Shown here: positions 16,701-29,601 of the stretch, in pieces
Position numbering within the stretch: the stretch's first letter is position 1
Layout of the letters: the number at the start of each line of letters is the position of its first letter
Assembly: GCA_964016885.1 (NCBI GenBank)
Contig: OZ024741.1
Location: 128,588,001 to 128,652,000 of the forward strand
Direction: 5' to 3'
Source: Eledone cirrhosa
Taxonomy: Eukaryota
DNA length: 64,000 bases
The notes under the pieces: model-generated
Databases searched by the model: none
Told to the model about the DNA's origin: nothing
What the model saw: the letters and a program-made list of their open reading frames with translations, nothing else
Translations under genes and position numbers: made by a program

Positions 16701-17874
16701 TATATATGTACATGTACTGTATATATGTACATGTACTGTATATATGTACACATGTACTGTATATATGTACATGTACTGTATATATGTACATGTACTGTAT
16801 ATATGTACATGTACTGTATATATGTACATGTACTGTATATATGTACACATGTACTGTATATATGTACATGTACTGTATATATGTACATGTACTGTATATA
16901 TGTACATATACTGTATATATGTACACATGTACTGTATATATGTACATGTACTGTATATATGTACATGTACTGTATATATGTACATGTACTGTATATATGT
17001 ACATGTACTGTATGTATGTACACATGTACTGTATATATGTACATGTACTGTATATATGTACATGTACTGTATATATGTACACATGTACTGTATATATGTA
17101 CATGTACTGTATATATGTACATGTACTGTATATATGTACATGTACTGTATATATGTACATGTACTGTATATATGTACATGTACTGTATATATGTACATGT
17201 GTACTGTATATATGTACATGTACTGTATATATGTATATATGTACTGTATATATGTACATGTACTGTATATATGTACATGTACTGTATATATGTACATGTA
17301 CTGTATATATGTACATGTGTACTGTATATATGTACATGTACTGTATATATGTACATGTACTGTATATATGTACATGTACTGTATATATGTACACATGTAC
17401 TGTATATATGTACATGTACTGTATATATGTACATGTACTGTATATATGTACATGTACTGTATATATGTACACATGTACTGTATATATGTATATGTACTGT
17501 ATATATGTACATGTGTACTGTATATATGTACATGTGTACTGTATATATGTACATGTACTGTATATATGTATATATGTACTGTATATATGTACATGTACTG
17601 TATATATGTACATGTACTGTATATATGTACATGTACTGTATATATGTACATGTACTGTATATATGTACATGTGTACTGTATATATGTACATGTACTGTAT
17701 ATATGTACATGTACTGTATATATGTACATGTACTGTATATATGTACACATGTACTGTATATATGTATATGTACTGTATATATGTTCATGTACTGTATATA
17801 TGTACATGTACTGTATATATGTACATGTACTGTATATATGTACATATGTTCTGTATATATGTACATATGTACAG

Positions 17875-17875
<1 letters not shown>
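4758..17875. repeat. ~13.1-kb satellite, 19-bp unit CTGTATATATGTACATGTA with 21-bp variants
   Basis: Unit read directly, with recurring +CA/+TA variants. Explains all ORFs of up to 3138 aa in this interval. Confidence 0.98.
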
Positions 17876-17905
<30 letters not shown>

Positions 17906-17959
17906 ACATGTAAATTTACATGTGTATATATATATGTGTGTGTGTACATGTAAATGTAC

Positions 17960-18011
<52 letters not shown>

Positions 18012-18078
18012 ACATGTAAATTTACATGTGTATATATATGTGTGTGTGTGTGTGTGTGTACATGTAAATGTACATGTG

Positions 18079-18128
<50 letters not shown>

Positions 18129-18410
18129 CGTGTATGTGCGTGCGTGTGTGTGTATGTGTGTGTGTTTTTATGTGTGCATGTGTGTGTGTGTTTGTACCTG
18201 TAAATGTATATATATATAGATATATGAATCTATGTGTATGTATATTTGTGTTCGCTTTACTGTATGTGTGCATGTATACAATGATGTATTATACATAAAC
18301 ATCTCTCTCTCTTTCTCTCTCTCTCTCCCTCTCTCTCTCTCTCTCTTTCTCTCCCCTCTCTCTTTTTCTCTCACTCTCTTTCTCTCTCTCTCTCGTTCTC
18401 TCTTTCTCTT

Positions 18411-18560
18411 ACATTCTGAGTTCAAATCACACCGAGGTTTGCTTTACCTTTCATCCTTACGGGGTCGATAAAATAAAGCACCAGTAATACACTGGGGTTG
18501 ATTTAATCGACTTGCCCCTCACCATCAAATTGCTGGCCTTGTGCCTAAAGTAGAATCAAT
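18411..18560 (+). mobile_element. tRNA-derived SINE family A, 5'-truncated, (ATT)n tail
   Basis: B-box-like gagttcaaatc plus core catccttacggggtcgataaaata shared with many other copies in the window. Confidence 0.85.
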
Positions 18561-18685
18561 TAATATTATTATTATTATTATTATTTTTTTTTTTTTTTTT
18601 TTTTTTTAGTCTCAGTCATCGATGTTATTTAACTGGAGAGAATAACAACAACAATAATATTATTATTATTATTATTGCTATTGTT

Positions 18686-18940
18686 ATTCCTTGAATCTCA
18701 GTCATTGATGTTGGTTAACTGGAAAGTCCGTTGGATTGAATATCAAGCCACTACCTGCAGCCTCAAATATTCAGGACGTGTCGGAGGGTTCTTGCTGTTC
18801 CAAGCAAGCATGCCTTTTGAAGCGTTCCAAAAAGCGTGAAGGGGCCGATTTTCTTTAACCATCCCTGGAAACTTTTGGAGATAGTCCCCAGTGCGCCTAT
18901 GACAATCGGGATCACTTTGACTTCATGGCAGTTCCAAATC

Positions 18941-18941
<1 letters not shown>
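18686..18941 (-). mobile_element. R4/Dong-like element, ~255-bp 3' fragment (copy A1)
   Basis: Near-identical to the 3' end of 19031-21785, with (TTA)n-type repeats on both sides. An even shorter 3' remnant (A0) lies at ~18608-18640. Confidence 0.9.
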
Positions 18942-19030
<89 letters not shown>

Positions 19031-19032
<2 letters not shown>

Positions 19033-21785
19033 CTTGAGTCTCAGTCATTGATGTTATTCAACTGGAAAGTTGTTGAAATGAATATCAAGCCACTACCTGC
19101 AGCCTCAGATATTCAGAACGTATCGGAGGGTTCTTGCTGTTCCCAACAAGCATGCCTTTTGAAGTGTTCCAAAAAGCGGGGCGGGACCAATTTTCTTTAA
19201 CCATCCCTGGAAACTCTTTGAGATAGTACCTAGTGCGCCTATGACAATTGGGACCACTTTGACTTCATGGCAGTTCCAAATCCTTTTTACCTCCCACTTT
19301 AAGTCCTGGTATCGGTTAATTTTCTCCCTCTCCTTCTCTTGCACTCTCGTGTCGAATGGGCAGGCCACATCCACAATTAGGCACGATCTTTTTTCCTTGT
19401 CCAAAACCACCAGGTCAGGTCTATTGTGTTCCAGTTTCTTGTCCGTCTGTATCCTAAAATCCCACAGCACCTTCACCTGATCGTTTTCTATCAGCGACTC
19501 TGGCTTATGCTCATACCACTTCTCAGAATGTGGTAAATTGTTTACTTTGCATAGGTGCCAGTGGATCACCCTGCCCATCACATCATGTCTCCAGCCTTTA
19601 TAGTGAGTCTGGGCTAGGTGTTTACACTCGGATACAATGTGAGCCACAGTCTCCTCTCTCTCTCTCCACAGATCCTGCACAGTGGGCTAGCCTCCTCCTT
19701 GTAAATATGGTGTTTCAACCACATCGTTTTGAGGGCCTGCTCTTGCGCAGCCATTAGCATTCCTTCTGTAGCCTTTTTAAGGTCTCCTCTTTTCAACCAG
19801 TTCCATGTTTGCGGATCTCTGAATTCAGTTTTCTCAAAGAAGGTACTATGAAGGGATTTTTCATGAAGGCTGCTCTTTCTCCTTGTTGTTATTTCCTCCT
19901 TGGACATCCCCTGGTCTATTGTCCTCTCCTTCAGTACAATTCTGAGCATTGGCTCCTTACTATCAGTCACGTATTTGTGTAGGTTGTTTTTCTCCATCTG
20001 AACACAGTCCTCTATGCTGATAAGACCTCTTCCACCTTCAGATCTCTTTAAGTAGAGTCTATCGACATCACTCCTCTTGTGGAAAATGTTGTAGATAGTC
20101 AATAGCTTCCTAGTCTTCCTATCCATTTCTTTTTGTTCAGCAACATTCCATCTCAGAATTCCCGCACTGTACCTAATAATAGACACAGATCGGGAATTTA
20201 CTGCACTTATGGCATTCCTACTGTTCAGATGTGACTTTAATACGCTCCTTACTCTCCGAATGTATTAAGATCTTATCAATTCCTTCATTTTTTTGTTCTT
20301 GATATCATCAGCCTCCAGAACACCCAAATACTTGTATCCTTCATCAGTGTCAATTTCCTTTATCATCTCACCTGTTGGTACCTGGATTCCGTTGCTTCTG
20401 CTCAATTTACCCCTCTTCATCACTAGGACTCCACACTTACTAATACCAAATTGCATACATATATCACTGCTGAAAATACGGACAGTGTCAACAAGTACAT
20501 CCAACTCCTTCTCACTCTTCCCGAAGAGCTTAAGATCGTCCATGAAGAGGAGGTGATTGATAGTAAGCTCTCCCTTTCCCAACCTGTATCCTGCTCTCAC
20601 TTTTCGCAGTATAATGGTCAGGGGCATCAGGGCAAAGGCAAACAGCAGAAGGGACAAACTATCTCCCTGGAAGATACCTCTCTTGATCTTCACGCCTCCC
20701 AAGGATCCTGCAGTTGATGTTAACTCTGTTTCCCAGGACTTCATACTTTTGCCCAACAACTGTCTGATGTTATCTGCCACCTTGAAAATCTCTAGGCTTT
20801 TGGTGATCCAAGAATGAGGCACCATGTCAAATGCCTTTTTGTAGTCTATCCATCCCATGGCAAGACCAGTGTGTCTCCTCTTGCAATTCCTCATTACCAT
20901 CTTATCAATAAGTAACTGGTCCTTTGTACCACGGGACTTCTTTCGGCATCCTTTCTGTTCGTCCGATAACAAGTTGTTTGTGTGGAGGTGATGGTAGATT
21001 TCCTCAGAAACAATGCTTGTCAACAGTTTCCACATTACGGACAGACATGTGATAGGTCTATAGTTGGTAACATAGCTTTGATTCGGTCTTTCATTACCAG
21101 AACTGTGGTACCTTTTATCAACCACTCTTCTACTTCACCTGACATCAAGCAGTCATTGAACATGGTTGTCAGTTTCGGGTGGAGGGATGTTATATTTTTA
21201 ATCCAGTTCCCCTGCACACCATCTGGGCCGGGTGATTTCCAGTTGGTTAGTTTTTTGGCCTGCCCCTTAAGAGTTTTAACTGAGATACTCAAATAAATGT
21301 GTTGGTGTGCCTGTTCACTAATCTCCTTTTGTACTGTCTCAATCCACACTTTCTGGTCATTATGTTTAACATCCTGCTCCCATATTCCTCTCCCGAATGT
21401 CTTAGTTTGTTCCGCCTCAGGGATCAAGTCGTTGCCTCTTTCTTTCCCTTCAAGCTGTCCAAACAACATCTTCTGGTTGTTGTCAAACATGCGGTTCTGT
21501 CTATACTGACTGACTCTGCTCTCGTATCGCCTAATCTTTGCACTTTTTGCTACAATGCGTTGCTTCAGTTCCTCTATGATAATATTTAGCTTTTTCCTCC
21601 TAGTTTTGTACTTTATTTCCAGTCTATTTTTAGTGTCTATGTTTTTTAGTGTCCCATTCAGTAGGGACTCAAGCTTTCCAATGTCATTTCTCATTTCCCT
21701 GATTTGACCATTCAGTCGTTTCTTCCACCAAGGTTCTGATCTTTCTTGTTTGTTGTTTCCTCTCGCTTTTATGCCAAGTAATTTC
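19031..21785 (-). mobile_element. R4/Dong-clade non-LTR retrotransposon, 5'-truncated, frameshifted RT + CCHC + RLE (copy A2)
   Basis: RT motifs [44 protein letters not shown]. Zinc knuckle CRICGE/EETVAHIVSEC. RLE RPDLVV..IVDVACP..KINRY. ORF broken into four pieces. ~75-bp 3'UTR then (TAA)n. Confidence 0.92.
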
Positions 21786-22037
21786 CTCAGATATTCAGGA
21801 CGTATCGGAGGGTTCTTGCAGTTCCCAGCAAGCATGCCTTTTGAAGCGTTCCAAAAAGCGTGGCAGGGCGAATTTTCTTTAACCATCCCTGGAAACTTTT
21901 TGAGATAGTACCTAGTGCGCCTATGACAATCGGGACCACTTTGACTTCTTGGCAGTTCCAAATCCTTTTTACCTCCCACTTTAAGTCCTGGTATCGGTTA
22001 ATTTTCTCCCTCTCCTCTCTTGCACTCTCGTGTCGAA
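21786..22037 (-). mobile_element. R4/Dong-like 3' fragment lacking its 3'UTR (copy A3)
   Basis: Encodes REKINRYQDLKWEV..LRYVLNI* and abuts the 5' truncation point of A2 immediately after the stop codon. Confidence 0.88.
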
Positions 22038-22079
22038 TTATTATTATTATTATTATTATTAGTATTATTGTTGTTGTTA

Positions 22080-22357
22080 TTCCTTGAATCTCAGTCATTG
22101 ATGTTGGTTAACTGGAAAGTCCGTTGGATTGAATATCAAGCCACTACCTGCAGCCTCAGATATTCAGGACGTATCGGAGGGTTCTTGCTGTTCCAAGCAA
22201 GCATGCCTTTTGAAGCGTTCCAAAAAGCGTGAAGGGGCCGATTTTCTTTAACCATCCCTGGAAACTTTTAGAGATAGTCCCCAGTGCGCCTATGACAATC
22301 GGGATCACTTTGACTTCATGGCAGTTCCAAATCCTTTTCACCTCCCACTTTAGGTCC
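22080..22357 (-). mobile_element. R4/Dong-like 3' fragment (copy A4)
   Basis: Shares diagnostic variants with A1 (gtccgttggattg, gaaggggccg, gggatcactttg). Flanked by (TTA)n. Confidence 0.9.
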
Positions 22358-22448
<91 letters not shown>

Positions 22449-22449
<1 letters not shown>

Positions 22450-22888
22450 GGTCGGTGGAGTGGTAGTATCGGTAGAGCGTCGGACAATATGCTTTGCTGA
22501 AAATAGCTACGTCCCTTTACGTTCTGAGTTCAAATCCAACCGAGGTTAACTTTGCCTTTTATCCTTACGGGGTCGATAAAATAATGGTTTCTTATATAGG
22601 TACAAAGCCAGCAATTTTGGGGGAAGGGAAAGTCGATTAAATCGACCCCAGTGCGTGACTGGTACTTTATTTTATCGACCCCGTAAGGATGAAAGGCAAA
22701 GCTAACCTTGGCGGTATTTTAACTCAGATCATAAAGGGCTGTAACTCTATGCTGCAAAGCATGGTGTCCGTCTCTCTACCGATACTACCAATCCAATAAT
22801 GTACAAAGGAAGTAATGGGATCGATTTAATCAACCCCCGCTTCCCTTCATATTGCTGGCCTTGTGCCAAAAGTAGAAACCCATTATTA
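22449..22888 (+). mobile_element. SINE family A copy interrupted by an antisense copy of the same family (~22587-22794)
   Basis: tRNA-like head (ggagtggtagtatcgg..gagttcaaatcc). Inner copy is reverse-complement and bounded by AATAATG at 22580-22586 and 22795-22801. Confidence 0.8.
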
Positions 22889-22994
22889 TGTAATGGTAGT
22901 GATATAAAAGAATTGACAGAGCATTGGTCGTAATGATTTTGCGCTGTTTAGTTATTTATGACCTTGGGTTTACATTAAAAAAATATTCTTTTCC

Positions 22995-23155
22995 TCACCA
23001 CCACCACCATCATCATCATCATCACGATCATCATCATCATCATCAATACCATCATCATCATCATCATCATCAATACTATCACCATCATCATCATCATCAA
23101 TACCATCGTCATCATCATCATCATCATCAATTAATACCATCATCATCATCAATAC

Positions 23156-23187
<32 letters not shown>

Positions 23188-23191
23188 ATAC

Positions 23192-23223
<32 letters not shown>

Positions 23224-23227
23224 ATAC

Positions 23228-23274
<47 letters not shown>

Positions 23275-23793
23275 ATACCATCATCATCATCATCAATATC
23301 ATCAATATCATCATCATCATCACCATCATCATCATCATCGCCATCGCCATTATTATCATCACCATCACCATCATCACCATCATCACCATCATCATTATCA
23401 TCATCATCACCATCATTATCATCGTCGCTCTCCTCTAATCAGTTTAATTGATGACTGCCATTGATCGCCTGGACTGTCAATACCATGGTAACGGCGTCGG
23501 TGTCATTGCAATTGTTGTTGTTGTTGTTGTTGTTCTTCTTCTTCTTCTTCTTCTTCTTCGTCTTCTTCTTGATACAGTTGTTGTTGTTGTTGTTGTAGTT
23601 CTTGTGGTTTGCTGTTGACGTTCGTTAAAAAATATTTCCACGTGGCGGCGGTGGAGGGGGTGGCGTACGTGACAGGGTGATGGGGGAGAGGTGTGTGTAT
23701 GAAGAGGGGGGTGAATGAGGAGGGGGTTAGGAGTGAGGATGTGAGGGGCAAGAGGATATGATGAAGGTGATCAAAAGTGAAGAAAATGGAAAT

Positions 23794-23829
<36 letters not shown>

Positions 23830-23874
23830 CGTGTGCGTGTGTGTGTGTGTGTGTGCGTGTGTATGTGTGTGTGT

Positions 23875-23917
<43 letters not shown>

Positions 23918-24456
23918 TGTGTGTGTGTGTGTGTGGCCACAGAAATATAGGGGTTAGTAGTGCTAGATGTGGTGGTGGTGGAGAGTGGTGTTGTTTGTGG
24001 TGGTGGTGGCGTTGGTGATGGTGGTGTGGGGGGTGGGGTAGCGGTGGCGGTGGGGTGGGGGTAGTGGTGGTGGTGGTGGTGGTTGTGGTGTTGATGGTGG
24101 TGGAGAGTGTTGTTGTTGTTGTTTGTGGTGGTGGGGGTGGGGGTAGCGGCGGTGGCGGTGGTGGTGGTGGTTGTGGTGTTAATGGTGGTGTTGATGGGGG
24201 TGGAGAGTGTTGTTGTTGTTGTTGTGGGTTGTTGTTGTGGTGGTGGCGGCGGCTTTGCTGATAGTGGTGGTGGTGGTGGTGGTGGTAGTGGCGGTGATGG
24301 TGGTGGTGGTGATGGTTGTGGCGGCGGTGATGGCAGTGGAGGTGGTGGCGGTTGTGGTGGTTTAGTAGATATCGGTTAATAAGCTACTGCCAGTTTATCA
24401 TATATATATGTGTGTTTGTGTGTGTGTGGGTGGGTGTGTGTGTGTGTTTGTATGTG

Positions 24457-24487
<31 letters not shown>

Positions 24488-24720
24488 AAGTGTGTGTGTG
24501 TGTGGGTGGGTGTGGGTGTATGGGTGTGTGTGTGTGTTTGTATGTGTATGTGTGTGTGTGTAGGTGTGTGTGTTTGTGTATGTTTGTATGTGTATATGTG
24601 TGTGTGTATATTTATATTTATATATATCGTGATGAAAAAAGGGGGTTAGTAGTAGTAGTAGTGGTAGTGGTAGTGGTAGTGGTGGTGGTGGTGGTGGTGG
24701 TGGTAGTGGTAGTGGTAGTG

Positions 24721-24790
<70 letters not shown>

Positions 24791-25036
24791 TAATGGTGGT
24801 GGTAGTAGTAGTGGTAGTAGTAGTAGTGGTGGTAGTAGTAGTAACAGCAGCAGCAGCATGGAGTGATGGGTGTTAAGGATGGAAGAGAATGGGTGACAGC
24901 CGTGTGTATGTGTGTGTTAATAGGAGGGAGAGATATCGATTAATAATCAATACTATCCAATCGATATGCCTGTATTTCATATTCAATAATTTAGATTTCA
25001 ATTTTTGTTTTGTTTTAGGGTGGTTATTTTCTTTAC

Positions 25037-25078
<42 letters not shown>

Positions 25079-25800
25079 TATATGTATGTATGTGTGTGTA
25101 TATGTATGTGTGTGTATGTGTGTACGTATATGTATGTTTGTGTGTGTATGTATGTATGTGTGTATATGTATGTATGTATGTGTGTGTATGTATGTGTGTA
25201 TATGTATGTATGTGTACGTATATGTATGTTTGTGTGTATATGTGTGTGTATGTATGTATGTGTGTGTATGTATGTGTGTGTATGTGTGTATGTGTGTACG
25301 TATATGTATGTATGTGTATGTATATGTGTGTGGTGGGGATATTTCCCTTTTCTCCTCCTTATGAAAAAGTTGTTGTTGTTGTTGCAGTTGTTGTTGTTGT
25401 ATTTGTTGTTGTATTTGTTGTTGTTGTTGTTGTTGTCTTCATTATCATTATTCGAGGCTAAAGTGATTAATGAAGTGTGCACGTGTTTATAGACAGCATC
25501 ATTAAGAAAGACTGCAGCAGCTGCAACAACAGCCTCTTCTGCAGCAGCAACGAAAAACAGAAATGGTGCTGTTGTTGTTGTTGTGGTGGTGATGGTTGTG
25601 GTGGTGATGGTGGACTATATTTGATGATGATGATGATGATAATAATAGCGATGGTGATGTTGGTATTGGTATATTTTATAGTGGTACTGATGTTCATCGT
25701 AAGGATGATGATGTTGGTGATGATGATGGTAATGGTGGTGGTGGGGGGGGGGGTCTTGGTTTATTTGTTGATAGTAACGATTGTGATAATGATGATAATT
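22995..25800. repeat. Mosaic of (CAT)n, (TTG)n, (TTC)n, (GT)n, (GGT)n, (GTA)n microsatellites
   Basis: Directly visible. Confidence 0.95.
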
Positions 25801-25944
25801 ATGAATGATGGGTTTGGTTTTATTTGATTTATGGTCGTCGTGGTGATGGCGATGGCGATGGTGAATTTCACAATCATGAGAAATGAATATATAATCCAGT
25901 GCCAACATTAGTGACCGTCTTTTTAACCAACTGATTTTAAAAGT

Positions 25945-26250
25945 CACTCAAACAGGGATTCGATCAGTGAACTGACACTCACTAAAACTGACTCAAATAG
26001 ATAAAAATCAAGCTTCAAGCAAACACTTGAACCGTGATTCAAACAAAGTCGGAAACACAGACTCGGAGTCTTACACAGAGTTTTAAGCAGTGACTCAAAC
26101 TGAGATTGAAACAGGGGTTCAGACAGACACTCAAACAAAGACTGAGGCAGTGAGTCGAACAATAACGTACACGGAGAATCAGCTCGAGAGATAAACAGTG
26201 ATTCAAACAGAGACGCAAACAGTGACTCAAATTGAGACTCGGATACTATG
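25945..26250. repeat. Degenerate 12-bp tandem repeat (consensus ~AAACAGTGACTC)
   Basis: Recurring gactcaaacag/gattcaaacag at ~12-bp period; reads as an (ESLF)-like repeat on the minus strand. Confidence 0.7.
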
Positions 26251-26699
26251 AGCTTCACATAGTGGACTTAAACAATTGCACCCTCTCCATTCTTCTGTGA
26301 CACCTCCTTGTTTATTTTTTTTTTTTTTATACATCTCCAATAACAACAAGAGCAATAGCATTAACAACCATTAAACAGTTTTGTTTTTTTTCATATTCAA
26401 GTATTTCTTTGTTTTATCCTACTGATTGTATCGAAACAACTGTACAGTCTGCTCATGAAACTATCATGCATGTTGCTGAACATTCCACTGACACATCTAC
26501 CTTTAACGTAATACTCAGGTCTGAAAAGCAGCCCCACATCATGATGATGTATGCTGGAATAATTGTTTTAAGATATGAAAATATAGTGTCTAGATAGCTC
26601 TAAAAGAGATGAGATTGACACGGAATGCCTTGAATCATTGGTTTGTCAGCTTGGAGCTGACCTGGGACTAAACAACGCTATAAGTAACAAAAACAACAG

Positions 26700-26735
26700 C
26701 AGCAACTACTACTACTACTACAACTACTACTGCTG

Positions 26736-26776
<41 letters not shown>

Positions 26777-26892
26777 GCTACTGCTACTGCTGCTACTGCT
26801 ACTACTTCTACTACTACTACTACAAATACTACTGCTACTACCACTACTGCTGCTGCTGCTACTACTACTACTCCAAATACTACTGCTGCTGT

Positions 26893-26950
<58 letters not shown>

Positions 26951-26960
26951 GCTGCTGCTG

Positions 26961-27006
<46 letters not shown>

Positions 27007-27078
27007 AAATACTACTGCTGCTGCGTTGCTGCTACTACTACTACTACTACTACAAATACTACTGCTGCTGCGTTGCTG

Positions 27079-27109
<31 letters not shown>

Positions 27110-27156
27110 AAATACTACTGCTGCTACTACTACTACTACTACAAATACTACTTCTG

Positions 27157-27215
<59 letters not shown>
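26700..27215. repeat. (TAC)n/(TGC)n microsatellite
   Basis: Directly visible. Confidence 0.95.
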
Positions 27216-27216
<1 letters not shown>

Positions 27217-27296
27217 ACCAATAACAGAATTTCTACAAAGTCGTTTGACTTACCAGAAATAGTAACCTCAAACTACACACCTTAGGAAAAAATTAA

Positions 27297-27888
27297 TGGT
27301 TTCTAATTTAGGCACAAGACAAGCAATTTTAGGCTGGAGAGGAGTTAAGTCAATCACATCCACCCCAGTATTAATTTATTGACCCCAGAAGAATAAAAGG
27401 CAAAGTTAACCTCAGCGGGATTTGAAATCAGAATGCAAAGATACGGAACTGAATACTGGAAAGCATTTTGTCAATCAGCCGTCCTCATTCCGTTGCAATA
27501 ATAATTGTTTCTACTTTTGGCACAAGGCCAGCAATTATCCCAGTACATTACTGGTACTTTATTTTATCGACCACGTAAGGATGAAAGGCAAAGTTAACCT
27601 CGGTGGGATTTGAACTCAGTTCGTAAAGGGGCGTAACTATGCTGGAAAGCATGGCGTCGAACCCTCTACTGATACTGCCAATCCACCGCGTTGCAATAAT
27701 AATTGTTTCTACTTTAGGCACAAGGCCGGCAATACCCAGTGCATTACTGGTACTTTATTTTATCGACTCCGTAAGGATGAAAGGCAAATTCAACCTCGGC
27801 GGGATTTGAACTCAGATCGTAAAGGGACGTAACTATGCTGGAAAGCATGGCGTCCGACTCTCTACCGATACTGCCAATCCACCGCCTG
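27297..27888 (-). mobile_element. Three tandem SINE family A copies
   Basis: Copies at ~27297-27480, 27505-27690 and 27700-27888, each with aaaggcaaagttaacctc..gggatttgaa; gcaataataat recurs at the junctions. Confidence 0.85.
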
Positions 27889-27907
27889 CAATAATAATGT
27901 GGTCTTC

Positions 27908-28299
<392 letters not shown>

Positions 28300-28382
28300 A
28301 TACATACACATATGTCCCAAGGCTCTAAAACTAAAACCGTCAACACCAATAACCCAGAGCTGGCATATCTAAGAACTTACTA

Positions 28383-28438
28383 ACTGCCTGATGAGGTCAT
28401 AGCCATACAATGGCTATCATCGAAATATATATAGCGGT
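28383..28438 (+). ncRNA. Minimal type-I hammerhead ribozyme (PLE-type)
   Basis: Stem I actgc/gcggt; CTGATGA; stem II ggtcatagcca/tggctatcatc (10 of 11 pairs); GAAA; palindromic TATATA stem III; UA cleavage site; AATAAA immediately downstream. Confidence 0.8.
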
Positions 28439-28483
28439 AAATAAAGGATTATGAGTTCATACAATTGAGTTATGTTTCGTCAC

Positions 28484-28514
<31 letters not shown>

Positions 28515-29194
28515 GCATACATAACGCGAGGTTTCTTGTCTAGTGTATTTGTTGACGGGTTCATTTCTCTCGCTCACTCCCTCACTTTTCATTTCTCTCT
28601 CTATCTCCCTCCCTCTCTTTCTCTGTTGTATTGGAGAAAGTGATGTAGTACTGAGAGATGAGAGAGAGCGAGAGAGATGAGAGAGAGAGATGAGAGGGAG
28701 AGAGAGAGAGAGAGAGAATGTATTATAAAGGAGAAGTAGATTAGATACACAACTCTATATCTCCCCAGACTAAAACAATAAATGTATATATTAATATTAA
28801 TATTATTAAATAATATAAAAAGCAGATATGCCTTTCACAATTCATTACTAAAATGCTAATATAATGTATAAAATTCAATATATAATTCAGTAAATAGCTA
28901 ATGTCTTGATGTTCGACAAGAACAATTTCCGTTGTATTTCAATTTTAATGTTTATACTAGACATAAAGCTATTAAATACACGTGCCGTCAGTTCGGCTCC
29001 ATAACACATGAAATATACTGTTATATAGTGAACCAGAATATAAAATGCTAGGTTATTTCAGTGAGGAGCGTGCACGTAGTATAATGTTTTCCTGTAATGA
29101 GTGAGTTGAATATTAAGAGGTAACATAGTTGTAATGAATATATATATGTATATACATATATATATTCTTCTCTTCTCACTCTCTATTTCATCTT

Positions 29195-29232
29195 ATCTTC
29201 TGACGAAGGACTAGTGTCCGAAATGTAAAGAT
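29195..29232 (+). ncRNA. Minimal type-I hammerhead ribozyme
   Basis: atctt-CTGACGA-a-ggac-tagt-gtcc-GAAA-tgTA-aagat. Stem III ATGT is probably a CpG-decayed ACGT. Confidence 0.72.
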
Positions 29233-29306
29233 TTTTCTTTTCCTACTTTATCATGCGTTAAACCGATATATTTCTTCATTGTACTGTGTCGTGTGCTTTG
29301 TTATTC

Positions 29307-29447
<141 letters not shown>

Positions 29448-29568
29448 CATATATATATTAAATGAGACTCAGCTAGTCCTGTAAAGGTTACCTCTCAATA
29501 AGATAAAGTAAAATCTCTATCTAATGTAATCTGATATATCGAGCATTAACGAAATACTATTGAACCAT

Positions 29569-29601
<33 letters not shown>

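Noticed and set aside
4758-17875. GTACATGTAC as arrays of p53 half-sites
   Set aside because: Matches the CATG core but violates RRRCWWGYYY at two positions; no other support.
4486-18203. ORFs of 400-3138 aa (YMYCIYVHVL...)
   Set aside because: Translations of a 19-bp satellite that lacks stop codons in all frames on both strands.
25825-25834. Hox/Pbx-type site TGATTTATGG
   Set aside because: A single 10-mer in AT-rich DNA; not supportable without conservation data.
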